Sequence record: MH791411.1
Source: Escherichia phage Ecwhy_1
DNA: 64,000 bases
Reading direction: 5' to 3' (one strand)
Every line of letters begins with the position of its first letter. Positions within the stretch are counted from its first letter, which is position 1. Positions 45,843-54,895 of the stretch are shown piece by piece. The notes below the pieces were generated by a model. The model was given only the letters and a program-made list of their open reading frames with translations. It was not told the origin of the DNA and made no database searches. Made by a program: the position numbers and the translations under genes.

Positions 45843-46358
45843 TTAATAATTATTCATTTCATCTTTGATTTGTTCTTCAATTTCGTCGAACATATCAGTA
45901 CTAGATTCTATATTACTACTTACGTCCTGCATATCTTTAACGTACTGTGGGCGTTCAACGTCAGTAAATTTATACCACATAGGCTTCATATGGAGCTTCT
46001 CAATCAAACGCTCACGAGACATTTTAATCTCTGACTCCGATGGTACGTAGTCATTACAAAACTCAGCAGGGAAGCCGCTAATGTCGTTTACTTCAGTGTT
46101 TTGAATCTTCATCCCACGACGCAAACATTCGTTAACAATATCAATATGACGCTTCTGTAAGTACAATAACTTGTTGTAGAAGAATGTTACATGACCTGAA
46201 CCTAACAGGTAAGTACTGTTAATTTTGAAATCACGGACTCGCTTACGTGCTTGAACATGTTTTTGTACAGCACCAAACACACGTGGGAGTTCACGATATT
46301 CAGCCATCAGATGTTGGTCAGCAAGTTCTTTAACGTGTACTAAGTTAATGCGTGTCAT
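45843..46358 (-). CDS. denV: endonuclease V (pyrimidine-dimer DNA glycosylase), T4 DenV homolog
   Basis: [42 protein letters not shown] recalled T4 DenV signature; extra ~33-aa acidic C-terminus. Confidence 0.85.
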   Translation of the reverse strand: MTRINLVHVKELADQHLMAEYRELPRVFGAVQKHVQARKRVRDFKINSTYLLGSGHVTFFYNKLLYLQKRHIDIVNECLRRGMKIQNTEVNDISGFPAEFCNDYVPSESEIKMSRERLIEKLHMKPMWYKFTDVERPQYVKDMQDVSSNIESSTDMFDEIEEQIKDEMNNY

Positions 46359-46430
46359 GTATTCATCCTCTCGTTTCGATGAAATGATTATAGCAAAAAG
46401 GGCTGACCGAAGTCAACCCGTTTTGAAAGG
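46359..46430 (-). promoter_or_regulatory. class-B cassette
   Basis: GGGTTGACTTCGGTCAGCCC hairpin + T-run + TATAAT. Confidence 0.6.
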
Positions 46431-46700
46431 ATTTTTTAATGGTTTTCGTACTGTATGTATTTTGCTTTGTAGTTCTTCTTCCCACAAAACATTTATATTA
46501 TAAACTAAATCATTGTAGTCACTGTTCACAAAGATAAAATCATACTTCTCATTAAAAGTATGAGAAATCAATTGCATTTTCATAAGTATTATTGAACTTT
46601 TAAATTTATATGTTTCTTTTTCTTCTCCAGTTTTTGAACTTTGTATATTTTTTATAAATTCCATGAATTCATCATTGGTCATTGTTTCAGCATCCAACAA
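46413..46700 (-). CDS. hypothetical protein (95 aa)
   Basis: ORF track; 3-prime end runs into cassette hairpin. Confidence 0.5.
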   Translation of the reverse strand: MLDAETMTNDEFMEFIKNIQSSKTGEEKETYKFKSSIILMKMQLISHTFNEKYDFIFVNSDYNDLVYNINVLWEEELQSKIHTVRKPLKNPFKTG

Positions 46701-46977
46701 TACCCAACTTCACAATCTCATACCCATCCAAATATCCATATGAACACTCAGGCGTTTCATAAGATGAACCATCATGGATGCCCTGGCATTGACTTTTGGA
46801 ATTCTCAAGCAATCGTTGCAGTACTGATACGTCATCAAGAACGTAATACAAGTTAGCATATAGGTCCGTTACAATACAGTACTCCAACATGTCAAATGTA
46901 TCAATCGAAATTTCAACCTTAGCAAATTGTTTCTTTTCTTTATTATACAGTGCGTACATATTAATCTCCATAATCAA
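46687..46977 (-). CDS. hypothetical protein (96 aa)
   Basis: ORF track. Confidence 0.5.
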   Translation of the reverse strand: MIMEINMYALYNKEKKQFAKVEISIDTFDMLEYCIVTDLYANLYYVLDDVSVLQRLLENSKSQCQGIHDGSSYETPECSYGYLDGYEIVKLGIVGC

Positions 46978-47332
46978 GTTTAACTAACTTACCACCCAGA
47001 TACCCAAAGTTTTCTGGCTTCGCATCTGAATAGAAGAAGTCAGTACTCAACTCTGAATCCAATGCTAAAGCACACAACTCCACCCAAAATAAACCCCTAT
47101 GTTGTACTGGCTTACAACGTTTCTGTACAGTTACTAGTCCAGTACATGATGACCACAACGTAGGGCAGATACCACTATCACTACGCTTGGAGTACTGCAT
47201 CCAAGAACGTTCATTGAGGTTAGCTATCATCCCTGTTAAGAATAGCTTCCAACTTTTAAAGGTTGGAATCTTGATAGCATATTCCCCAATGAGTATGACA
47301 GTTCGTGTTGCACCTTTCAAATCTATATTCAT
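46961..47332 (-). CDS. hypothetical protein with kinase-like catalytic motifs (123 aa)
   Basis: DAKPENFGY..KLVKLDYGD resembles kinase catalytic loop + DFG; too short for full kinase. Confidence 0.45.
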   Translation of the reverse strand: MNIDLKGATRTVILIGEYAIKIPTFKSWKLFLTGMIANLNERSWMQYSKRSDSGICPTLWSSCTGLVTVQKRCKPVQHRGLFWVELCALALDSELSTDFFYSDAKPENFGYLGGKLVKLDYGD

Positions 47333-47341
47333 ATTTTTTAA

Positions 47342-47593
47342 TTAGAAGAACACAAACCAAGTCCAGAATAAATTCCACACTACAAATAAAGACATAGTGG
47401 TTTTATGTACAATATCAGCAGTACTGGTCCATCCTCCACCGTGTCCTATTCCATTTATGAATAGAACTAAGAACAAGATACCATTTACTACAATAGTACA
47501 TAGTAAGTACACAAACACATTCCATGCAAGTTCAGGGGATACTAACGTAAATGGTAAAACAATTAGTAGTATTAGAACTAATAAAATTTTCAT
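47342..47593 (-). CDS. small membrane protein (83 aa)
   Basis: hydrophobic throughout. Confidence 0.55.
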   Translation of the reverse strand: MKILLVLILLIVLPFTLVSPELAWNVFVYLLCTIVVNGILFLVLFINGIGHGGGWTSTADIVHKTTMSLFVVWNLFWTWFVFF

Positions 47594-47809
47594 TTATCGC
47601 CTCACTTAATTAACGTGACAATTAGTACGAATCAGATTCCCAGTACTCGATTGCTTCTTTCAGCAATTCTTTAGCACGTTGTTTTGCAATGCGAGCGGGT
47701 AACAGATATGTGTACATTAACTGACGCTTCACTTCATTCAGTGAAAGCTGTTCATGGTACAGTGCATCCATCAGTCGATTACGAGTACGTAGTTTCATAT
47801 AAGTTATCC

Positions 47810-48364
47810 TTATTTCAAAGAATCATAGTAAGCAGTGTCAAAGATTGGAGTCATAATAACATAGTCAATACGGTCAATGTAAGTTGAACTCCACATTTCT
47901 GGTTTGTCATAAAATTGACGCTCGCGTTCATTCATACGAGTCAGTACTTCTTCCAATTTACTACGTGAAGCCATCAATGTATTACGCGATCCATAAGTGA
48001 AGTACTCAGTCCATTGATATTCATATTCAGTACTGATAGATTGAATAGTACCATCTTTGAAATGAGCTAAGGCATATCCTTTCTCTACAAAGTTATCAGG
48101 TGGAAGAACACTATCTGGATTAGTTTTCAATGCTTTGGTTAACTTTTCTTTAATTTCAGTTAACGTGCATACTGAACGAATGTTCTTCAGGTTTGATACT
48201 TGAAAATCACTGTACTTTCCAAAGAAAAATACACGCCAATCTTTAGGTTCATTATCAGATACGGTAATATTCGGATGATGGGCGAGTAAACGAAGAAGGC
48301 CAGCTTTGTGACCGTTAATGTAGATCTCATGGATGTGGTTAGCAGTTTTCTTAAAAGTAATCAT
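47810..48364 (-). CDS. hypothetical protein (184 aa)
   Basis: ORF track. Confidence 0.6.
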   Translation of the reverse strand: MITFKKTANHIHEIYINGHKAGLLRLLAHHPNITVSDNEPKDWRVFFFGKYSDFQVSNLKNIRSVCTLTEIKEKLTKALKTNPDSVLPPDNFVEKGYALAHFKDGTIQSISTEYEYQWTEYFTYGSRNTLMASRSKLEEVLTRMNERERQFYDKPEMWSSTYIDRIDYVIMTPIFDTAYYDSLK

Positions 48365-48440
48365 GACAATTCCTCGATTGTGGGGATGAGAAGTTCATCC
48401 CCTTGATAAACATTATACAGTACTGAATGAGTTTGTCAAC

Positions 48441-48821
48441 TCAAAATAAATTCATTTCATGTGCGTATTGTGGTTCAAGATGCGATAAGTTTTTGAAGCT
48501 TTCTTTCAACTCAGCATCATCTACATACACCGTGCCTGGTACATTCCCCATAGTGAAACCTACCCACACAGTCATGTCACCAGTCCCTAAGCGTGGCATT
48601 GATAGCGAACCATCAGGTGAAACATCAAACGCTACACTGAAGTCATCAGTAACAACGTCAGAACCATTTTCGAGAATAATACATCCACTATCTTTAAGCT
48701 TCTGAATGTGGATAGCAGCCTCTACAGCACGTTTGAAGTTATAGTAAGACTCTTTATCCTCAAACATTGATTGTTTAATCAGACGCTTGTTTAGCTCGGT
48801 TACTTTGTGCATTTGACGCAT
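48441..48821 (-). CDS. hypothetical protein (126 aa)
   Basis: ORF track. Confidence 0.55.
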   Translation of the reverse strand: MRQMHKVTELNKRLIKQSMFEDKESYYNFKRAVEAAIHIQKLKDSGCIILENGSDVVTDDFSVAFDVSPDGSLSMPRLGTGDMTVWVGFTMGNVPGTVYVDDAELKESFKNLSHLEPQYAHEMNLF

Positions 48822-49078
48822 TACTTATCCATCTCCCACAGTTGTAGAATTTCATAAGAGCCTGGTGGTGCAGGATTCCTGATCTCAGGGAATTGAGTAC
48901 TTTTAGGATTTCCACCAGCATTAAATTCGTCAAGTAATGATTCCAGTTCGCGACGATCCTGAACAACATAAACACAATCACCTGAACCTTCTTCGAGAAT
49001 CATTTCACTTCCTGCACAATCCCATACTATTGAGATACATAGAATCTCTTTTGTATTTTTATTACGCAATGCAAACAT
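48821..49078 (-). CDS. hypothetical protein (85 aa)
   Basis: ORF track. Confidence 0.55.
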   Translation of the reverse strand: MFALRNKNTKEILCISIVWDCAGSEMILEEGSGDCVYVVQDRRELESLLDEFNAGGNPKSTQFPEIRNPAPPGSYEILQLWEMDK

Positions 49079-49087
49079 AGCAATCCC

Positions 49088-49456
49088 CTATCGATTTGGC
49101 ATTTTATCTCGTAATTTCACAAGATAATCAATCACGGTACATCCTGAAATAAAGGTAATATAAGTACTGAAAAATCCTACCAGAATAAAGGCAACAAGCG
49201 TACTCCCATTTGGTTCTTCAGCTTTAATACCAATGATACCATCAGATGCAGTGAAAAATGTAGACATAAACGTTAGACAGATGTACATCACTAATAAGAA
49301 TTCATGTTCTAATGACGGATAAAAACGGTCAAAGAGTTTATAAAATTTAAAGTACAGTAGGAGTATACCAACAAAGGCATAGAAAGTAAACAGTGTTGTT
49401 ATGATATATGATATTAAATTTAAATTATACATCTCAACGCTCCGGTAGATTATCAC
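49088..49456 (-). CDS. small membrane protein family member (122 aa)
   Basis: same family as 39636-42075; C-term LRDKMPNR. Confidence 0.65.
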   Translation of the reverse strand: MIIYRSVEMYNLNLISYIITTLFTFYAFVGILLLYFKFYKLFDRFYPSLEHEFLLVMYICLTFMSTFFTASDGIIGIKAEEPNGSTLVAFILVGFFSTYITFISGCTVIDYLVKLRDKMPNR

Positions 49457-49781
49457 GTAATGTTTTGATTCGATTATACAATTTCATTGCTACATTTCCA
49501 AATAAACCAAAACCCATTACTAAAATGTATGCGATGAACATAGTAATAATCACAATAGTACCTAGACTGTAATGTACTGCACTAATACCCATTATTGTTT
49601 CTACAATGATGTGAGCAACAGAAATAATCAAAAGTACTACTACAATTGGATGATTTGGATACATTCGGTTAAACAATGTTTTGTACTTAAAGAAGTACAG
49701 TACTCCACCAAATAAGAAGTACACAATGTAGATTGATGCAATAGCATAAGCAAAAGCATTAGTGTAGAAAATCATTATCAA
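49434..49781 (-). CDS. small membrane protein family member (115 aa)
   Basis: C-term LRDNLPER. Confidence 0.65.
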   Translation of the reverse strand: MIMIFYTNAFAYAIASIYIVYFLFGGVLYFFKYKTLFNRMYPNHPIVVVLLIISVAHIIVETIMGISAVHYSLGTIVIITMFIAYILVMGFGLFGNVAMKLYNRIKTLRDNLPER

Positions 49782-49784
49782 TCC

Positions 49785-50123
49785 TTACTTTTCAGGGATT
49801 TTATCACGCCACTCATCAATACGATGAAGCAGTTTAAAGAGCAAAAATATCGGAACAGTAGCTATCATAATGGCAATTGTTAGTAATGTCAACCCCGATA
49901 CGAGATTTAATTCGTCAGTACTATATCCACATACCAGTGCTTCAATTATCCCCCACGTACATGCACAGAACATCATAAATGAAATGGGTGCATCGTAGTA
50001 TATGCGTTGATACAAGGTTGTGTATCGGAAGAATGCAATAATGTAACAAAACATGTAATACACCCAAATTAACGATACTACATAAAATGATACCTTATTA
50101 ATTAATTCAAAATGTTGTTCCAT
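49785..50123 (-). CDS. small membrane protein family member (112 aa)
   Basis: C-term WRDKIPEK. Confidence 0.65.
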   Translation of the reverse strand: MEQHFELINKVSFYVVSLIWVYYMFCYIIAFFRYTTLYQRIYYDAPISFMMFCACTWGIIEALVCGYSTDELNLVSGLTLLTIAIMIATVPIFLLFKLLHRIDEWRDKIPEK

Positions 50124-50133
50124 TTTTTTACCC

Positions 50134-50436
50134 CTACATATATTCTAAGAATAATGTATTAGCTTCGTCTATGTTCTTAAGATAATACATGTAATACAGA
50201 TTTGGTTGTCCGTCTTTTGAACTCAAATCAAAGTACTTTAAACTATGCACCTTCATGACAAAAACAAATAATGACTTAAAACCAATCTCACCGTACTTAA
50301 TAAACAGTTCATCTAAATGAATGTAACTCTTAGTTTCAGATAATTCCTTCACATCAGCTTCAATTTCTTGTAAGCGAAGTTTACCGATTAAGTTTTCAAA
50401 TGAACGCATGATGTTGTTCCTTATGCTGGTACACAA
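50134..50436 (-). CDS. hypothetical protein (100 aa)
   Basis: ORF track. Confidence 0.55.
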   Translation of the reverse strand: MCTSIRNNIMRSFENLIGKLRLQEIEADVKELSETKSYIHLDELFIKYGEIGFKSLFVFVMKVHSLKYFDLSSKDGQPNLYYMYYLKNIDEANTLFLEYM

Positions 50437-50834
50437 TTTTTTATAATGAATACACGTTTCATGAATGAACTTTCATATACGTACTTCAGTTTACCATTTT
50501 CACGCATACGATGAAACACATCTTTACCACTAGTACTCCATGTTGAACCAGTCTCTGCATCAACATTGTTCATTACACCAGATGTTACGTTCACCCCGTA
50601 CTTGAAGCTAAAGGTACTGCCTTCTTCTACTAGAGGGATTGGTGTACTACGTTCATGTTCCAGTACAAGTTTACTGCCGATGATGTTGTACGAAGTTAGC
50701 TTGCATTTTAAAACACCCATCTCTTGTGCAGTTGGGTAATTCTTCTCAAATAAATCAGATACTTCATTTGCATAACAAACTGAACTAATCATAAGAAGTA
50801 ATGAACTGATAGAACGGAAAATAACTTTTAACAT
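50421..50834 (-). CDS. secreted hypothetical protein (137 aa)
   Basis: signal-peptide-like N-terminus. Confidence 0.6.
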   Translation of the reverse strand: MLKVIFRSISSLLLMISSVCYANEVSDLFEKNYPTAQEMGVLKCKLTSYNIIGSKLVLEHERSTPIPLVEEGSTFSFKYGVNVTSGVMNNVDAETGSTWSTSGKDVFHRMRENGKLKYVYESSFMKRVFIIKNCVPA

Positions 50835-50900
50835 GTTTGCCTCCAGTAGTTGATGAAATGATTATAGCAAAAAGGGCCGACCGAAGTCAACCCTTTTCTT
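50835..50900 (-). promoter_or_regulatory. class-B cassette
   Basis: GGGTTGACTTCGGTCGGCCC hairpin + T-run + TATAAT. Confidence 0.6.
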
Positions 50901-51251
50901 TTATATTTTACATGTCATGTCTGGTTTTGGCTTTTCATTCTTTGGCTTTTCAAATGGATTTGGCTTAGGGGACTTTTTATCTTTGTCATCTTTAGCTTTC
51001 TTTTTGTTTTCTTTTTTATCCGATTTGTCAGCTTTGTCTTTCTTATCTTTTGAATCTTTGTCAGCTTTAGATTGTGGTTCCTCACATACAGCAGTTTTTG
51101 GCTCCGGCATATCACATGAGTTATCCACAGGTTTAATGAACTCTTTACAGTTGTAGAAGTATAAACTTTCATTGGTAGTAAGATTGTGGAATCTAAAAGT
51201 ATTTTCACCATTAGTATATACTTTCTTAGTACTCTCAATATCATTACACAT
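50901..51251 (-). CDS. Lys/Asp-rich Cys-containing protein; possibly C-terminal part of a frameshifted secreted protein
   Basis: track ORF starts at GTG; first ATG at 51251; no own signal peptide; upstream ORF with signal peptide ends 13 nt away in another frame. Confidence 0.4.
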   Translation of the reverse strand: MCNDIESTKKVYTNGENTFRFHNLTTNESLYFYNCKEFIKPVDNSCDMPEPKTAVCEEPQSKADKDSKDKKDKADKSDKKENKKKAKDDKDKKSPKPNPFEKPKNEKPKPDMTCKI

Positions 51252-51261
51252 TGCAACCGTG

Positions 51262-51513
51262 TCACCGGAATTCACGCTCGATACCTAGTATATCCGACTT
51301 ACGTTCAGATAGTATTCCAGACGTATATCGATCTTTGTTATCAAATGCATTGAACCCTATAGTTTTATAATTGTCATGTACCAATCCTCTAGTGTAAGAC
51401 TTGGTATAGAACTCACCGTTTCTAAACTCCTGTCTAGCAATGGAGCACTGGTATTCAGTACTATAAACTATATCAGTAAACAATACAAGTGAAAATAAAA
51501 CATATTTAAACAT
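51262..51513 (-). CDS. secreted hypothetical protein (83 aa)
   Basis: signal peptide MFKYVLFSLVLFTDIVYS. Confidence 0.55.
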   Translation of the reverse strand: MFKYVLFSLVLFTDIVYSTEYQCSIARQEFRNGEFYTKSYTRGLVHDNYKTIGFNAFDNKDRYTSGILSERKSDILGIEREFR

Positions 51514-51584
51514 TGCATTACCTCTTATAAAACCCTCTACAATATTTACAAAAAAAGGTTGACCGAAGTCAACCTTTTAAATGT
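51514..51584 (-). promoter_or_regulatory. class-B cassette
   Basis: perfect GGTTGAC-TTCG-GTCAACC hairpin + T7. Confidence 0.6.
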
Positions 51585-53096
51585 TTATTTTTTATCCTTT
51601 CCAACACCACGGTCGTACTCTTTGAATGAGTTATCAAGTGTAGTTAGTGCATACTCATATGCTTCTGGTGATTCAATGTCAACATCATCTGCACCATTTA
51701 CTAAATCAGCCCAAGCCTTTTGAAGTTTACGAGCATTGTTACCAACATTATCTTTAATCCAACTAATGTTTTTGTTGATACTTTTACTATCAGCACCTGC
51801 TTTTTTACCAATCTCGGATATCCACATCATTAGCTTTTGAAGTTCATGAATTGATTTATCGGTCATTTCAAGATGTTCTTCTTCCATACCTTCGGAATCA
51901 GATGAACCAACGTCAATTCCATGTTTAGCTAATAGTTTACCAAGTTCAAAGAATGCAGCTTCAGCAGGGAAGTCATAACCTTTGTCTTTATAGTTATTCC
52001 ATGCACTATCAAACTCGTCAACAAAACGGTTAGCATAATCTGGATTTTTAACTAATGCTTTATATACTGCCATTGCATGTTCAAAACCTTCTTTATCTGA
52101 CCCAAACTCTTCCATCTCAGGACGATGAATGTATCCATCCATATCAACGGTATCAGGTAGATCTTCTTGCTCAGGCTCAACATCTTTCTGTTCAACTGCA
52201 CCTTCTTCATCTTTACGTAGTAGATATCCATCAGGTGTCACTTTCTCACCATGTTCTGCTTCATACTTTTTCATAGTGTTGAATGCAGCATCCATAGCTG
52301 TTACGAAGCGACTTTTCTCACCTTGTACATAAGATTTAAGTGCACTGTTAACTGCATCTGATACGAGCTTAACCTTATCATCTTTACCTTCTAAACGGTT
52401 TTCAAGTTTAGCCAGTACATTCTTGACTTGCTGGGCATTAGCACGTTCTGCTTTACCAATACTATCAAAAATTTTAAGAATACCATCAAGACTTGCTTCA
52501 CCCTGTTCAGGTTCTTTGGAATCTTCTTTGTGTGTACCTTCAAGTGCACGCATGATAGTACTGAATACTTCAGTAGGTTCAGTGCTCTTATTACCTTTCA
52601 TTGCATCAAGTACAGCTTGTGCTTTACCTTTGAGTTCTTCTTTAGGAACTGCCTGTAGTGCTTTGACAATACCCTGAATCAACTGTGGTTTGTTAGCAAA
52701 GATCTTACCTAAGTTATCAGATAACTCTTTAACAGGGTTAGCAGCTTTAGGAGCTTCTGGTTTTGGTTCTTCTTTAGGAACTGCTTGTTCTTTCTCAGCA
52801 CGTTCCATATCAGCAAGGCGTTGTTTCTGTGTTGCGTTAAGAAGACCTAATGAGTTAACATAACGTAGCTTTTCTAGCTCAGTCATGTTCTCAGTACTCT
52901 TAACTTCACCTGCTTCTGCGTTTGCCTTACCAGCTAAACCTGTCCCTTGATTACGTGAACCACGTGACCCCTGTCCTGCTTGGTAGCTATTTTGACGACG
53001 ATTGCGTTCACTCCATTTATCAGAGTGACCTGCCATGTTCCCGCCATTTTTATCAGTAAATTGACCTGGCATTTGATTTCTCTCCATAGATTTCAT
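51585..53096 (-). CDS. hypothetical 503-aa protein, candidate late/virion protein
   Basis: TATAAATA ~27 nt upstream; shares N-terminal domain with 53944-54327. Confidence 0.7.
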   Translation of the reverse strand: MKSMERNQMPGQFTDKNGGNMAGHSDKWSERNRRQNSYQAGQGSRGSRNQGTGLAGKANAEAGEVKSTENMTELEKLRYVNSLGLLNATQKQRLADMERAEKEQAVPKEEPKPEAPKAANPVKELSDNLGKIFANKPQLIQGIVKALQAVPKEELKGKAQAVLDAMKGNKSTEPTEVFSTIMRALEGTHKEDSKEPEQGEASLDGILKIFDSIGKAERANAQQVKNVLAKLENRLEGKDDKVKLVSDAVNSALKSYVQGEKSRFVTAMDAAFNTMKKYEAEHGEKVTPDGYLLRKDEEGAVEQKDVEPEQEDLPDTVDMDGYIHRPEMEEFGSDKEGFEHAMAVYKALVKNPDYANRFVDEFDSAWNNYKDKGYDFPAEAAFFELGKLLAKHGIDVGSSDSEGMEEEHLEMTDKSIHELQKLMMWISEIGKKAGADSKSINKNISWIKDNVGNNARKLQKAWADLVNGADDVDIESPEAYEYALTTLDNSFKEYDRGVGKDKK

Positions 53097-53177
53097 ATTG
53101 TTTATTCTCTATGACTATATTTATAGTATAAAGAAAAGGTTGACCGAAGTCAACCCTATTTTCACTGTACTATACCA
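53097..53177 (-). promoter_or_regulatory. class-B hairpin + late-type promoter
   Basis: GGGTTGACTTCGGTCAACC hairpin then TATAAATA on minus strand. Confidence 0.6.
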
Positions 53178-53474
53178 TTAGTAGTTACAGTCAGCTTTCG
53201 CTGTGAATGTTTTACTTTCACCTCGTTGTGTGGTGATTCGTCCGAGTAAAGTAGTTTTGTCAATAGTCATTGTAGTTAGTACTGGAACATTACCTTCAAA
53301 GTCAATAGCTTTGAAATTGTAGGTGGTTTCATTCTCCACTACACTTGGACCAAAGAGTTCATATGTGTTGATTTCAAGTGTGTCACCATCTGAACGCAAC
53401 AGTGTGCAGTCCAGATTAGGAGTAGCCAGTACTGGGAAAGCCAAAAACATCATCATTACAATAATTAATTTCAT
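53178..53474 (-). CDS. secreted hypothetical protein (98 aa)
   Basis: signal peptide MKLIIVMMMFLAFPVLATP. Confidence 0.6.
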   Translation of the reverse strand: MKLIIVMMMFLAFPVLATPNLDCTLLRSDGDTLEINTYELFGPSVVENETTYNFKAIDFEGNVPVLTTMTIDKTTLLGRITTQRGESKTFTAKADCNY

Positions 53475-53734
53475 TTCACTTCTCCTGTTTTTTTCTTAGG
53501 ATCAACCAATGACCAAATGAAGAATCCGAGAATTACAAGTACCCACAGAATCATGATAAAGAAAGCGAACAGTACAATAGTGTTTGTCAAAAAGAAATAC
53601 AATAGAATGTTCGACCCAATACTACATACAATCAATGCAGCTTCATGTTTAACAACACGAATGGCTGTAATGAGTGCAGGAAGAAATCCGACAAATAACA
53701 GTACTAACGCATATAGTGATAATGTTTCAGCCAT
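53471..53734 (-). CDS. small membrane protein (87 aa)
   Basis: two hydrophobic segments. Confidence 0.6.
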   Translation of the reverse strand: MAETLSLYALVLLFVGFLPALITAIRVVKHEAALIVCSIGSNILLYFFLTNTIVLFAFFIMILWVLVILGFFIWSLVDPKKKTGEVK

Positions 53735-53860
53735 GATATCCCTTATTTGGTTTGTTCAAAACTAGGTGTATTGATATAGGTGTCAATTGAATAACATACT
53801 GTACCCACTACAACAGCAGCGATTAGGGCAGCGATGATGAATTTAGTACCTTGCATAATT

Positions 53861-53943
53861 TAATACCTCACGTTGTTTGTATTTTGTATCACTTGATGAA
53901 AATATTATACGACAAAGGGCTGACTGAAGTCAACCCCTTTTAA
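53861..53943 (-). promoter_or_regulatory. class-B cassette
   Basis: GGGGTTGACTTCAGTCAGCCC hairpin + TATAAT. Confidence 0.6.
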
Positions 53944-54327
53944 TTATTTTTTAAACTTATGTTTTTCGCCTTCAATAGAGTTCACGATGTCATCATGAAT
54001 CTTGCGAAGGTTATGAGTTTTCTTTAGTGCTTCATGTAGTGCACGGAATGCTGCGTGTACTGTTGCCTTGAAGTGCTCTTTAGGAGTCACTTTAAGTTTC
54101 TCAATGATATCACGTACATAAATTGGATGATCTTCAAATACACGATTCAATTCATGGCCTAGTGATTCTAAACTGAAAGCTTTTTCGCGTGAAGGACGAT
54201 CATGTGCAAGACTTTGGTCAGGCTTTAGTAGACCTAGTGAATCAAGATACTTATGCTTATGTGCATTATCAATTCCAGAAATATCCACATCATGCGATGG
54301 ATCTTTCTTATTCCATTTATCAACCAT
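53944..54327 (-). CDS. hypothetical 127-aa protein, paralog of N-terminal part of 503-aa protein
   Basis: KYLDSLGLLKPDQS vs RYVNSLGLLNATQK; TATAAATA + AAGGAG upstream. Confidence 0.65.
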   Translation of the reverse strand: MVDKWNKKDPSHDVDISGIDNAHKHKYLDSLGLLKPDQSLAHDRPSREKAFSLESLGHELNRVFEDHPIYVRDIIEKLKVTPKEHFKATVHAAFRALHEALKKTHNLRKIHDDIVNSIEGEKHKFKK

Positions 54328-54375
54328 TTCATACTCCTTAAAGAGATAAATTACTTTAATATTTATACTTCATGT
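54328..54375 (-). promoter_or_regulatory. late-type promoter candidate
   Basis: TATAAATA ~30 nt upstream of ATG on minus strand. Confidence 0.5.
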
Positions 54376-54438
54376 GCTGTTTATTTCAACAGACACTTAA
54401 GATTATATCACATATGAAATGGTTGTTCCAAAGTCAAA

Positions 54439-54882
54439 TCAGTACTGTTTAAGTTCTGAACTGAAGATAAAGGAATCCATATCTTCTAGTGTTAACTTCA
54501 AGTTCGGTGTGTACTTTAATATCACACATTCAGGTTTCTTAATGGCAGCTTGATAGGCAGCAATTGCCAACTGTTGAAGCTGCTCTGGTGTGTAGTTCAT
54601 GCGTTCTGCATTGAATACGATGTTCTTAATATCACCACCTGGCAGCTTCTCAAACTCACGCATAACAGCAGCCATCACATCATCAGATGTATTCTTATAA
54701 GCCCAATGAGGTAGTTGCATAACGTCATAAATCTCGCCATTGTCGTTCATAAGAGAGATCCATTTTTTACCGTCCGATGAACTAAACAGACGACCTTTAA
54801 TAGCAATGTTCTCTACCAAATTAACAAAGGCAAATATGTCTTGCTCATTTAGTTCAATGCTATTAACGTTAATCCAACCCAT
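54439..54882 (-). CDS. hypothetical protein (147 aa)
   Basis: trimmed to MGWINVN after GGAG SD. Confidence 0.55.
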   Translation of the reverse strand: MGWINVNSIELNEQDIFAFVNLVENIAIKGRLFSSSDGKKWISLMNDNGEIYDVMQLPHWAYKNTSDDVMAAVMREFEKLPGGDIKNIVFNAERMNYTPEQLQQLAIAAYQAAIKKPECVILKYTPNLKLTLEDMDSFIFSSELKQY

Positions 54883-54895
54883 ACTACATCTCCAG

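Noticed and set aside
50915-51265. Alternative minus-strand ORF 50915-51265 overlapping 50901-51275
   Set aside because: Highly basic low-complexity product read from the K/D-rich repeat region in another frame; the Cys-containing frame is more protein-like.
52055-52677. Plus-strand ORFs 52055-52276, 52129-52332, 52423-52677, 52428-52658 opposite the 503-aa gene
   Set aside because: Antisense frames of a long minus-strand ORF that has a verified ATG and upstream promoter.
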